NCBI RefSeq assembly: GCF_009914755.1
Contig: NC_060926.1
DNA: 64,000 bases
Source: the human T2T-CHM13v2.0 reference genome, Homo sapiens
Strand: one strand, 5' to 3'
Shown: piece after piece, positions 52,859-64,000 of the stretch
Layout: the number at the start of each line of letters is the position of its first letter
Position numbering within the stretch: position 1 is the stretch's first letter
Made by a program: the position numbers and the translations under genes
The notes under the pieces: model-generated
What the model was told of the DNA's origin: nothing
Seen by the model: the letters and a program-made list of their open reading frames with translations, nothing else
Databases searched by the model: none

Positions 52859-55800
52859 TTTATTGCTCTCAAAGTCATGGCCAAAGCTCAGTGTCTATGC
52901 TGCCTGTATTAAACTAGGATTCAAGGAATTAGAGGCACACAGAAGCACATGCTTACAGCTTTTTATTTGAGGTAATGGGGTAGGCTTATTTAAGGAATTT
53001 AAGGATTCATATGATTAGAAGATATTTTTGCTGCAACATAGTAACATTACACATTTTTTGCACTATATTTTCTGCTGAATTACCTGGCTTACGTGAAGTT
53101 TGAGGACAGCTGATCTAGAAAGAGTCTACTTCTAAATCAATCCTGACATTCTCAGGATATGAAATTTAAGGCAGCTAATAATTAATGAAAAGACATACAC
53201 TTACATTTGTTCCTTTTAATTTATGGTTAAAATTGAGGCTTTCTCACTTAGAAGCTTCTTATTTGCTTCTTATTTGCCAATTTTATCCTTCTTTTAGCTT
53301 TATCATGATTATGTTTGTTTTCTTACAAATTCTTGTTAATTTAGCTATCTATTCAGTCTAGTGATGATTTTCCCCTTTTCCCCAAAGTTATAATTAAATT
53401 ATATTTATGTATTAATGCACCAACATTAAATTATGACTGTATACCACTCTCACTCTAAAGCAAGGCATTATACTTCCAGATCCACTTCCCTACAAGATGA
53501 GAACTTAAGATAACTGTACATCCATTCCAAACCCTGAGTTTACTTGATATAATTTAGTTATTTGGCTCTAGTTATAAAATGTTTCATCTGTTTCAAATAA
53601 TCTCATAAAGAAATAAAAATTTCTAAGTCATATTTTCATCATACATTTATATTTCACTATGTACAATCAAATTAAAATTGAGTATTTTTATTGACTACAA
53701 ATTAGAATATATTTTATAGTATGAATTTGTGTACCTTTTCTTAGAGTACATTCGCAGTGCATTCTTGTCTTCTATGGTTTCCCCTCAACAAAGAATGACA
53801 CGTTTTAAGCTGTACAGAATATTTTAAAATTCATTTATTTTCTTTAAGCAGTCTTTATTATTTTATCATTTTCAAGCTTGCAGTGCTGCACATGAGAAAT
53901 GTAATTTTTTTCTGGATTCTTGCTTCTTTGCATATAATGTGTTCTTTCTGTAAGTAATCTTATATAATTTTTTTTTATTCTTGGGGCCCAAAAGTGCCTC
54001 TAGGATATAGAGACCAGTACTGTTTAGATCAGTACTGTTTAGTTTTAGTGCTATTTAGATTCAGTAAATTTCAGTACTGTTTAGATTCAGTAAACCCTTT
54101 CTACACTGAAGTTTGAACCTCAAATTACTTTTCACGTTAAAAGTATATTATTTATAATAATAAACACTAAAATTTTAATAATTTATTTTGCTCTATCTTT
54201 GCCTTCTGTCTGGAATTTTTATTATTTACATTACTGGTTTCCTTGATCTATCCATAAGTTTTCATTTGTGAAATTATTTTCTTTTTTCAGACCTCTGCTA
54301 TAAGGTGTTTTCTTCATATGATATGCTAGAATTTTAATTTGTCCTCAGCAATGTTTTTTTCTGTCCTCATTTGTTACATGTTTATATTTGAAAGTCATAT
54401 ATTTAGAGCTATAAATTAATTTCTGTGTTTTTATTGTATCATTCTGACATTTCATTTTTTTTGGTTAAAATTTTTGTTTTTCACTTTTATTGTTTAAGCT
54501 CCATAGGTACCACATGTCCTAGTTGTTCATCTTGATCTTTATGCTTCACATGGCTGAAGCTTCTTAGAAGGATTATATAATGTATTTAAATCTACTCTTG
54601 GTTATGTATTTCATCAGCAGGTATAGAGATCAGGCTCTTCAGTGTCATGTCTTGTGGTATACAATGGAGGCTACCGCTATGGTTATATTCGTCTGTTGGT
54701 TTTTCTTTGGAATTAATTAAGTAATTATTCATTTAGTGGATCTGTGAACCTTTTGCTAAGGCATTAGGGACAGACTTCTTCTCTTTTCTAGGTTTTTCTA
54801 CATATACTCAGGGAAGAGGCATTCCCACCCTAACCTCATGTATCAGGACCAGTGCATTTCATATGAGCAGCTCCTCTGCAGATCTAGTAGTGTTAGCCAG
54901 TCAGGCAGGTTTTCCAAGTGCCTCCCACAACAAGACAGCTGGTGAAGCCTCTCTCTGGGCAAATTCAATAGCCCTTGCCATCTGCGCTCTTTAGAGCCAT
55001 GAATTCCCTATTTGTACCCCATAGGAAAAGAAAGAATTTTCCTCTGCTGCTGGTCCCATACCTCCCACCCAGCACCCCTAAGATAAAATCTCACAATAGA
55101 AAAGCAGAAGGAAATCCTGCTCTGTTGGCCTATGTAGTCTGAAAAAATATTAACACAGCTTCAGTTACATACCATTTGGAACACACCATATGCTGAACCA
55201 TGATAATTAGCCCAACTTGGATACTGAAAAATCTGAAGCTCTGTAAATTTTGGATAATGTCAAGAAAAGGGAGAAGAAAGAGGAAACAAAACCAGAAAAC
55301 ATATGCTAGCAAAGCACTAGAAAGTTAAATGATGGAAGGCCAGGACCATATTCAAAATTATTGTGAAGAGAGAATGTTTGCCTTTTCTTGATGAATATTT
55401 TTTAAATTTACAGATTGTACTAGGTTTTAATGTTACAAGTTACACCTGCTGGATAAAATATTTTGCTTTTACTTGTTTCAGTATCCTATTTTAGGAAATT
55501 CAAAGTTCAAAGGAATTTCATTTCACTGGGGATAAAATACAACTAATGGAGGAACAAAAGATCAACATCTCACCCCTATTCTTCTGTTTTTTTTTTCTGT
55601 TTATACAATTAAAATGAAATTAAAATATCTCTAATAGTGTTCACATGTTTATATAGTCATAACTTGGTCTCTTTTATACACAGGCCTGATGAGTTATTAT
55701 AGAAAAATTTATATGCCCAAACTGTTTAAAATGATTTCTTTGCCCATATAGGAGGACATCTAGTCTTTATTCTAAAACAGGCCAAATCTTATATATGAGG

Positions 55801-56082
55801 CTTTAGATTACTGTTTGAAAACATAAATGTAAACAATGTAAAAACATCAACTTACAGATTTTGAAATTCAATACCAACACAAATATAGATATCTTTCAAA
55901 AAGTTAGTGTTTTGTAATACAGTTCATACGTGCTTTGAATTTAGACAGTCTAGAGCTAAAGAATTCCTTCTTTACCTAGAGATTAGCTGCACGGTTCTGT
56001 TGAATGCAGGTCCTGGGCCCTCAGCACCAGCCACATGTATTCTGATTTAGTTGATCTACAATATGATACAGATGGTTCATGG

Positions 56083-56190
56083 AGGGGTGACCACACAATT
56101 TGTTGTTTGAATTGAGTCATTTTTGAAAGTCAAAGGAGAGGCATTAACATTTATAAGGCAAATCTGGTAAATCACACTGCATGGTCACAC
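56083..56190. mobile_element. hAT-Blackjack MITE (MER94-like)
   Basis: TIRs GGGTGACCA / TGGTCAC; internal TTTTGAAAGTCAAAGG. Confidence 0.6.
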
Positions 56191-56685
56191 ACAGACTACA
56201 AACTGAGAAACCTTGCTTTACTCAAGGTGTTGTAAAGTGACTTCTGGTGTGTTATGGAAATCAAATACACAAATACAAAAACTAAATAGAAAAATATAAT
56301 GCTGTGGAGTAGTGTTTCAAGGTGTATCTTCTTCTTTTTCCCTTTCTTGCACTGGAAAAAGCAGAAGGACTCATTGAGTGCCACCCTTGTGCCTATACAA
56401 AACGAGGCTGCTCCAGATGGATGCTGCAGCTCTTCCCCTGTCCTGTTCTGAGCACCCACCTTACTACTCACAGCTGCCTCTTCTCTAGAGGAGCATTATA
56501 CTGCCTTAAAGCTCTTTTCTGATTTCTTCCCAAAGTTTAAAAAATGTTGAGATACCATCAGCACTCACTGACTCGAGAGATACTCTTTGATCTATACAGA
56601 AATAGTGACAGTGCCCCTTTCCCAGCCTCTGGGCCCCAAAATAACCTTATCTATGTCCTCATCATCAGCAACTCTCCACATTTCA

Positions 56686-56917
56686 TTCCAGCCTGGAATT
56701 CCTAGGCTCAAGTAATCCTCTAGCGTCAGCCTCCCAAATAGCTGGGACCACAGGCGCATGCTACCATGCGCAGCTACATTTTTTAGTTTTTATTTACTGT
56801 AGAGACTGGGTCTTGCTGTGTTGCTCAGATTAGTTTCAAACTTCTGGCCTCAGCTGATCCTCTTGCCTTGGCTTCCCAAACTGCTGAGATTACAGGCATA
56901 AGCTACTGCACCCAGCC
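56686..56917 (-). mobile_element. AluJ, partial
   Basis: CAGCCTGGAATTCCTAGGCTCAAG..GATTACAGGCATAAGCTACTGCACCCAGCC. Confidence 0.88.
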
Positions 56918-57075
56918 ATATTTTAAAGCTAAATAGGGTTCAGTTTATTCCCTCAAGACATTAATATTTTACTAGAAAAATATTTTTAAACAAATAAAAA
57001 CAATACAAAATTGAATAGGAGAAAAGTAACAAAGTTTTATGAGATTTTTATAGAAAAAAATGCATCTTCAGCTGA

Positions 57076-57421
<346 letters not shown>

Positions 57422-59982
57422 TAATAATAGGATATTTAATATAAGTTATGAAAAATGGGTTAGATGCTGGGAGGATGGCCGTGCTAAACACAAAAATAAA
57501 ACAAAGAACTGTCATGGAAAAGTAAGTTGAGGTTCCTCTTCAGGTAATAACAACTACTATTAATTTGTACTTACTAAAGCATCAAGCTGATTACTGAGCA
57601 GTAAACAGATTATGCAAGAGTAGCTTTGAATGAGTAAAGACAGCCACATATTTGTGCACAGGTTTATTGTTTTTCAAAGTGTTTTCTGCCACCTCGTATA
57701 CTTGGCTTTCTGTTTACACTTTCAGAAAAAAGTACATTTTTAGTAAAATTCTATTTTGCAGTGTGAATCTTTTTGTGTTCCTTTCCAAGTTTGGAAGCAG
57801 AAGAGAGACAACGGAGTAGGCAGATGGAGAAACAAATATTGACTTTATTACTAAATAAATCTGGTATTGGAATAGGATTCCTAAAGCTGAGTCCCAAAAT
57901 GAGACTGATTTGCTGTTCTAACAGAAACCAGAAGATTCAGTGAGAAGCGTCAGAAGCATCTCCCTAACATGAGAAATGAAACTTTTGAAAACATCACCAA
58001 AGTTGTTCCTGTCTTGTACTACAGGGCTCTCTCTACTGACTCGAGATCTCAGGAGAAATCATGACTCCTTTCGCCTCACCTGGCTGAACCACCTGGATGT
58101 CTTTCCATCATTCTCTGTCTATTATTACCCTATAGAATGACCTTCTTTCTTATATGTGTTCAGGAAGGGCAAAAAAAAAAATCTCCTAGATGTATTTCTC
58201 TCTTTTTAAAAACTGTAAGTACTCAGAACAATACCAAGAAAAATACAAAAGCAAAGCTTTTTATAGCTAATTAGAAACTTCCTTGCAATTCTGAAGTGTA
58301 TGTGATATTGTGTATTGTTACAATAATACACAATATTATTAAAGTATATGTGATATTATGTATTGTTTACCCTGTGGTGCTATATATGAATTTGTGTATG
58401 AAGCTATTCTTTACATTTTAATGAAATGTCATCAATATATAGAGAAAATAATTTTCCTAGGTATCACTGGAGATTCAAAATTTACCTCATATGAATACAT
58501 TATTTTAGGGGACAATATTTATGCAGCCAGATAGAGAATAAATTGGCTAGAAAGATTGGGATGAGCAGGCATTAAACATCACATTCAGCTCTTAGTGCCC
58601 GAATTTCAGACTATTTTCAGGGACGGCATTACTAAAGGACTATTGCAGAAGAATAAGAGACTATACCAGAAATGGAAAAGAAAGCTGGCTTTTTTTTTTC
58701 CCCGGCATAAGTTTTATCCTACCTATAACGTGATTAAGCATCAATGTTACCTAAGGAGTTGTTGATACAGTACTTATGTTGAAGCCTCATTCCTGACCTA
58801 GTAAATGATTTTTTTCCCTGCAAGTGGGAGTATTCAGACGGAGAAATTATGGAGTCTTGCCTGTTTAGGTTTGAAGATTTTAACTTGTGTGCTCAGTCTC
58901 AAAACATATAGAAACTATTGAAACACTTCTCGTATTCCCTAATCCAAAGTCAACTTCCTGCCTGGTTTTCTATAACTACATCCAAACCTTCTTAACCCTG
59001 AGTAAACTCATTGTATTCACATGTAGATATTTTTCTCTCATATTTTTAAGAGTCATCAGTTAATACCACCATTGTTTTATTTAAAAGTGAGACTCCCACT
59101 ATGTTCTTTATGAGTAGTTCATACTCTTGATTTAATCCCCAAATCCTCTGGCATCTTTCCCTGCAATCTGAAGTTGGAGAAAACTATAGTTACTGAGTCA
59201 CATTAAAGCTATGACAGTTCACATTTGATTTTCACCTCATTTTACAGATGCACAGCCTGAGAACTATCTAGTAATTCTGAATCCATTGCATCTTCTATGG
59301 GCAATTCAAAATACTCTGACTTGGGCATAGTTAGTGAATCATGTTTGGACATTTGGGAGGAACACCACATATCATTCAGCAAGATCCATTTGAAGTTTCC
59401 TTTTAGGTGTTAATGACTTGGAGTTGTAATTTTACCAGCCACTGTCTTCAGCCCAATGTTGGGAGATGAAGTGCGTGTTTTATGAAACAAATTATGATTT
59501 TTTATTTCTTAAAAAGTTATACTTCTTTGCCTGTCTTTTATCATTCCCCTGAAAATAATTATGAAGTTCTCTTTTGTAGAATTTTTCAGGATGTTGCTTT
59601 GAAATTAGAAAATGCTATCACACCTTGAAGATTCTACACAGACTATGCATACAAATACATTATTTGCTGTTGTGTGTCTACCCTGAAATGTCGGTTTTGA
59701 TCACACTAAGTTTTTCTTAGCCTGACCTATGTAAATCAAAAACAATATAATTCTCTCTCAACCCTCAGAAAATACGTGCATGAGTATCTCTAGATAATTT
59801 GGATAATCAAAGTACTGACTAATGGTGGAAAGTACAAAAAACATGATTATGAAGAATGCATCAATTTGACTATTCCTTTGCTTATCATGCTTCTGCAAAT
59901 TTACAGTATCTATGGTTCTTGTTTCTCTTTTACCAAGACAGTTACCAGCATTTAATAAAGTAAGTCTCATGCTGAGAGAACT

Positions 59983-59983
<1 letters not shown>

Positions 59984-60017
<34 letters not shown>
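59984..60017. repeat. (GT)n microsatellite
   Basis: About 17 uninterrupted units. Confidence 0.92.
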
Positions 60018-60018
<1 letters not shown>

Positions 60019-60971
60019 CAAAGTGATGATCTGCAAAATCCCTATGACACTTGGCACTGAGGATGCTGTCCATATGTTTCTGTTTTGTTTGCTAAAGTCT
60101 CTTTGTGCAAACCTGAGGACATCTTTCCTAAATATACTCCCTTGTGATTTCCTGTTACCAAGAAATTCTGAAATCACAAGGAATTCAACATAGCCTTCTC
60201 ATGAAGCTAAATATATCTTACAATTTTGAGATTCTTTGTGAATCCACTCAACAGTGAACTTATTCTTCATTTGCTGAAGGCTGAATGGTCTCTCTGGAAG
60301 TCAGAACAGGAGCAGTGGTGCACAAATCTCTGCTCTGTTATTCCTTTTATTTTACCTTCTATGAAGGCAGCATTCTCACTGACATACTTAAAATGCCAAA
60401 TCAAAAGTGTTTCCTCTTTTGTCTTTCTTTGGTCACATAAAAATACATTTTAAATTAAAAGATAGCATTTCAAGATCCTTTTTTGTGATGTGGTTATGTA
60501 TGTATATGAAATCTTTAAAATACACTGAAATAAAGGAAAATTTGTTTTCTTCTCTTTTATGATTATGTAAAACATTTTCTAAAGAAAACTTATCAGGAAC
60601 CCTCCAGGAATATTTATTAATGTTCATTTTCTTCATGGAAATTTGTAGGAGTCAATATGTCTAAGAAGGACTTATTTATAATGACTAATGACTATATTAT
60701 TAATGGATTATTCAGTGGTACTACTTGGTTCTTAGGCATTACATCACCATACAAACAGCAACTTCTTATTAAACTTATTAGAAGTGAACTCTTTTAGTAA
60801 AGAAATCTCAGATAAATATATTGTACCATATCTAGTAAAGAAATCTCAGATTATTAGATATCAGTTACATATATATGTATGTGGTTGGGGAGTGGTGCAA
60901 GGGCAGAAATTTCTGAAACTAAATGTTATTGTTCAGGAGTTTTTCCAAGAGTAAGTGCATTTCTGTATTCC

Positions 60972-62848
60972 TGTATTCCATTCTCATGCTGCTAATAAAG
61001 ACATACCAGAGCCTGGGTAATTTATAAAAGAAAGAGATTTAACTGACCAAGTTCAGCATGGTTGGAGGCCACAGGAAACTTACAATCATGGCGGAAGGCA
61101 GAGCAAAAACATCCTTCTTCGCATGGCAGCAGCCAAAAGAAATGCCAAGCAAAGGAGAAAAGCCCCTTGTAAAACCATCAGATCTTGTGAGAACTCAGTC
61201 ACTATCATGAGAACAGCAGCATGAGGGTAACTCCCTCAATTATTCAATTACCTCCCACCATGTCCGTCTCATGACATGTGGGATTATAGGAACCACAATT
61301 CAAGATGAGTTATGAGTGAGGACACAGCCAAACCATATCGTTCTGCCCCTTGCCCCTCCCAAACATCATGTCCTCACATTTCAAAACACAATCATGTGCT
61401 TCCAACAGTCCCCTGAAGTCTTAACTCATTCCAGCATTAACTCAAAAGTGCAAATCCAAAGTCTCATCTGGGACAAGGCAAGTCCCTTCTACCTATGAGC
61501 CTGTAAAATCAAAAGCAAGTTAGTTACTTCCTCGATAAATGGAGGTATAGACATTGGGTAAATACACTCATTCCAAATGGGAGAAATTGGACAAAGCAAA
61601 GGAGCTATAGGCCCCACGCAAATCTGATATGCAATAGGGTCAAAACAAAGGGGCTACAGGCTTCTTGCAAGTCTGATATGCAATAGGGCAGTCATTAAAC
61701 CTTAAAGTTCCAAATGACCTTCTTTGACTCCATGTCTCACATCCAGGGCATGCTGATGAAAGAAAGAGGTGTGCTCCCATGGCCTTAGGAAGCTCCTCCC
61801 CTGTAGCTTTGCAGGGTACTACAGTCCCCCTCCCAGCTGCTTTCAAGGGCTGGTGCTGAGTGTCTGTGGCTTTTTCAGGCACACAGTGCAAGCTGTCAGT
61901 GTATCTACCATTATGGGGTCTAGAGGATGGTGGCCCTCTTCTCACAGCTCCACTAGGCAGTGCCCCAGTGGGGATTCTGTGTGGGGGCTCTGACCCCACA
62001 TTTCCCCTCCATACTGCCCTAGCAGATGTTTTCCATGAGGACCCCATGGTCCTCTTGAAAACTTTGCCGCTTAGAAATTTCTTCCACCAGATAGACTAAA
62101 TACACTTTCTCAAGTTCAAAGTTCCATAGATCTCTAGGGCAGGGACAAAATGCCCTCAGTCCCTTTGCAGAGCAAGAGTAACCTTTACTCCTGTTCCCAA
62201 AAAGTTCCTCATCTCCATCTGAAACCACCTCAGCCTGAACTTTATTGTTCATATTACTATCAGCATTTTGCTCAAAGCCATTCAACAAGTCTCCAGAAAG
62301 TTCCAAACTTTCCTACATCTTCCTGTTCTATAAGCCTTCTAAGACTCTAGGAAGTTCCAAATTTTCCCACATTTTCCTGTCTTCCTCTGAGCCCTCCAAA
62401 CTGTTCCAGCCTCTGCCTGTTAACCAGTTCCAAAGTCGCTTCCACATTTTTGGGTGTCTTTACAGCAGCACCCCACCCTCTACAGAACCAACTTACTGAA
62501 TTAGTCTACTGTCATGCTGCTAATAGAGACATACCTGAGACTGGGCAATTTACAAAGAAAAGAGGTCTAATTGACTCACCATTCAGCCTTACTGGGGAGG
62601 CCTCAGGAAACTTACGATCATGGCAGAAGGGGAAGCAAACATGAAGGACTCCCAAGAAAAAGGGGAAAGCCCATTATAAAACCATTAGATCTTGTGAGAA
62701 CTCAGTCACAACCACGAGAGCAGCTGCATGGGGGCAACTGCTCCCATGATTCTATCACCTCCCACTGGTTCTCTCCCATGATACATAGGAATTATGGGAA
62801 CTAAATTCAAGACAAGATTTTGGGTGGAGAAACAGCCAGACCATTTCA
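60972..62848 (-). mobile_element. THE1 (THE1C-like) MaLR provirus with internal deletion: LTRs 60972-61340 and 62497-62848
   Basis: Two antisense LTRs flank THE1-int; perfect 5-bp TSD attcc at 60967-60971 and 62849-62853; the internal region jumps near 62040-62065; ~50-bp tandem duplication at 61597-61690. Confidence 0.93.
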
Positions 62849-63299
62849 ATTCCTAAACTCATCAATTAACCACTTCTTGATGAGTCAGGTCCACATTTCT
62901 CTACATGATCAAAACAAATGATACACTCAGAGTCTAATGAATTATGAATAATTTTTGTATGCTAATTTATACTATGTTAGATTTCTTTTTTTATTCATCT
63001 AGTTATTTCTGCTTCTGTTATATTGTTTCCTTAGGCATTTATCTCACTTTTGATTTTTTTTTTTTGTTTTACATTTGATTTGATAATCAGATAGCCCCCA
63101 AATTAGAATATTTGTAAAAATTGTGTAAATAGGCATGAAGTGAGCACTTGTACTTTTAAGGAACAGTTTTACATATGTTTTTACAGTTGAAAAATTATTT
63201 TTTACTTACTTTTTGGAGGATAGTTGAATATGCCAGAGATATGACATAGTAGCCATTCAGGCTGTCCACAAACACTACAGTTCTTCTAGGCATAGTAAT

Positions 63300-63630
63300 A
63301 TTGTGCCTTCTCAACACCTGAAGTTATATGTGTTTGGGAGACAGTTGGCTAACAAAATGTAAGCAGTAGAAATATGTGTCACTTTCAGGCCAAAGTTCTA
63401 AGAGCCAGTGTGAGAACACATTCTCTTACCACTTACTGTGGTTGATCATGGAGGTAGGTGTCAAGATGAGGTCACTGGGTCTCTTGAGTGACTCTAATAA
63501 GCACAGTCTCCAACAAAACTATGGTGGACATGGAATACAACCAACAAATAAATCTTTGCCTTTATAAGGAACTGAGACTTGAGTTGTATGTTACCAATAA
63601 ATTGAAAATAAATTATAAATTAAACATCAG
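63300..63630 (+). mobile_element. MLT1-family MaLR LTR relic
   Basis: TTGGCTAACAAAATGTAAGCAG..TGTGTCACTTTCAGGCC..AAGAGCCAGTG..AAATAAATCTTTG..ACTGAGA. Confidence 0.65.
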
Positions 63631-64000
63631 TATGAGAAGCCATTTATTCACAGCTGTTGCCTTCTTAACAGTAAGGAATAGAGATAAATGAGAAAGTCCC
63701 AAACTCAATTATTAGGCTCCCCCAAAATTTCATAATAAATGTATAAATGGTTGAGGAATTCACTAGGAAAATAAAAGAATTACAAGAAGGAAAATCATGA
63801 GTGTATTTACATAAGTCATTATAAACATTTTTCAAAATGTTTTCTGAAATAAAATTGCTTACTATCAATAGATTTTAAAGTAAAAAGTAAAGCAGTAATA
63901 ACTGCAAATAACCAACTAAATTTCATTAGCTGATTCAGCTCTGTAATGAATATCTGATAACAATAATACATTGCTGGTGAAAGTAGTGATAATGGCAGTG

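Noticed and set aside
54015-54094. Short spaced repeats (also 18444-18995 and 60795-60851) as a CRISPR-like array
   Set aside because: Only 2-4 copies, no regular unique spacers, no cas genes, and a eukaryotic context.
55062-55138. Third possible minus-strand exon (ttttttcag|A ... GAG|gtatgg)
   Set aside because: Short pyrimidine tract and weaker donor; not distinguishable from background.

Overview
This is AT-rich, CpG-poor human non-coding DNA (intergenic or deep intronic); a fully diagnostic AluYa5 at 15127-15424 points to human. I see no credible protein-coding gene, RNA gene, CpG island or CRISPR array. The supplied ORFs are chance frames or lie in Alu, L1 and LTR relics; the only recognisable protein is a decayed L1 ORF2 reverse-transcriptase fragment with the FADD motif. 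Much of the window is interspersed repeats and it is rich in LTR elements: five ERV1-type LTRs at 2.4-7.4 kb (including a three-level nest of old LTR > MER41B > MER1B, plus LTR8, solo LTR7 and MER4A1), two THE1 proviruses in opposite orientation, and solo MSTC, MLT2A and LTR16 LTRs. There are also about ten Alus, L1 and L2 relics and DNA-transposon MITEs. The points most worth checking are (i) MER41B with both STAT1 GAS motifs intact, (ii) two minus-strand exon-like segments that could belong to a spliced lncRNA, (iii) the young AluYa5, and (iv) several local duplications, inversions and a perfect palindrome that look like template-switch repair scars. I found no evidence of a new biological system. 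Repeat subfamily names come from recalled consensus sequences and should be confirmed with RepeatMasker/Dfam.
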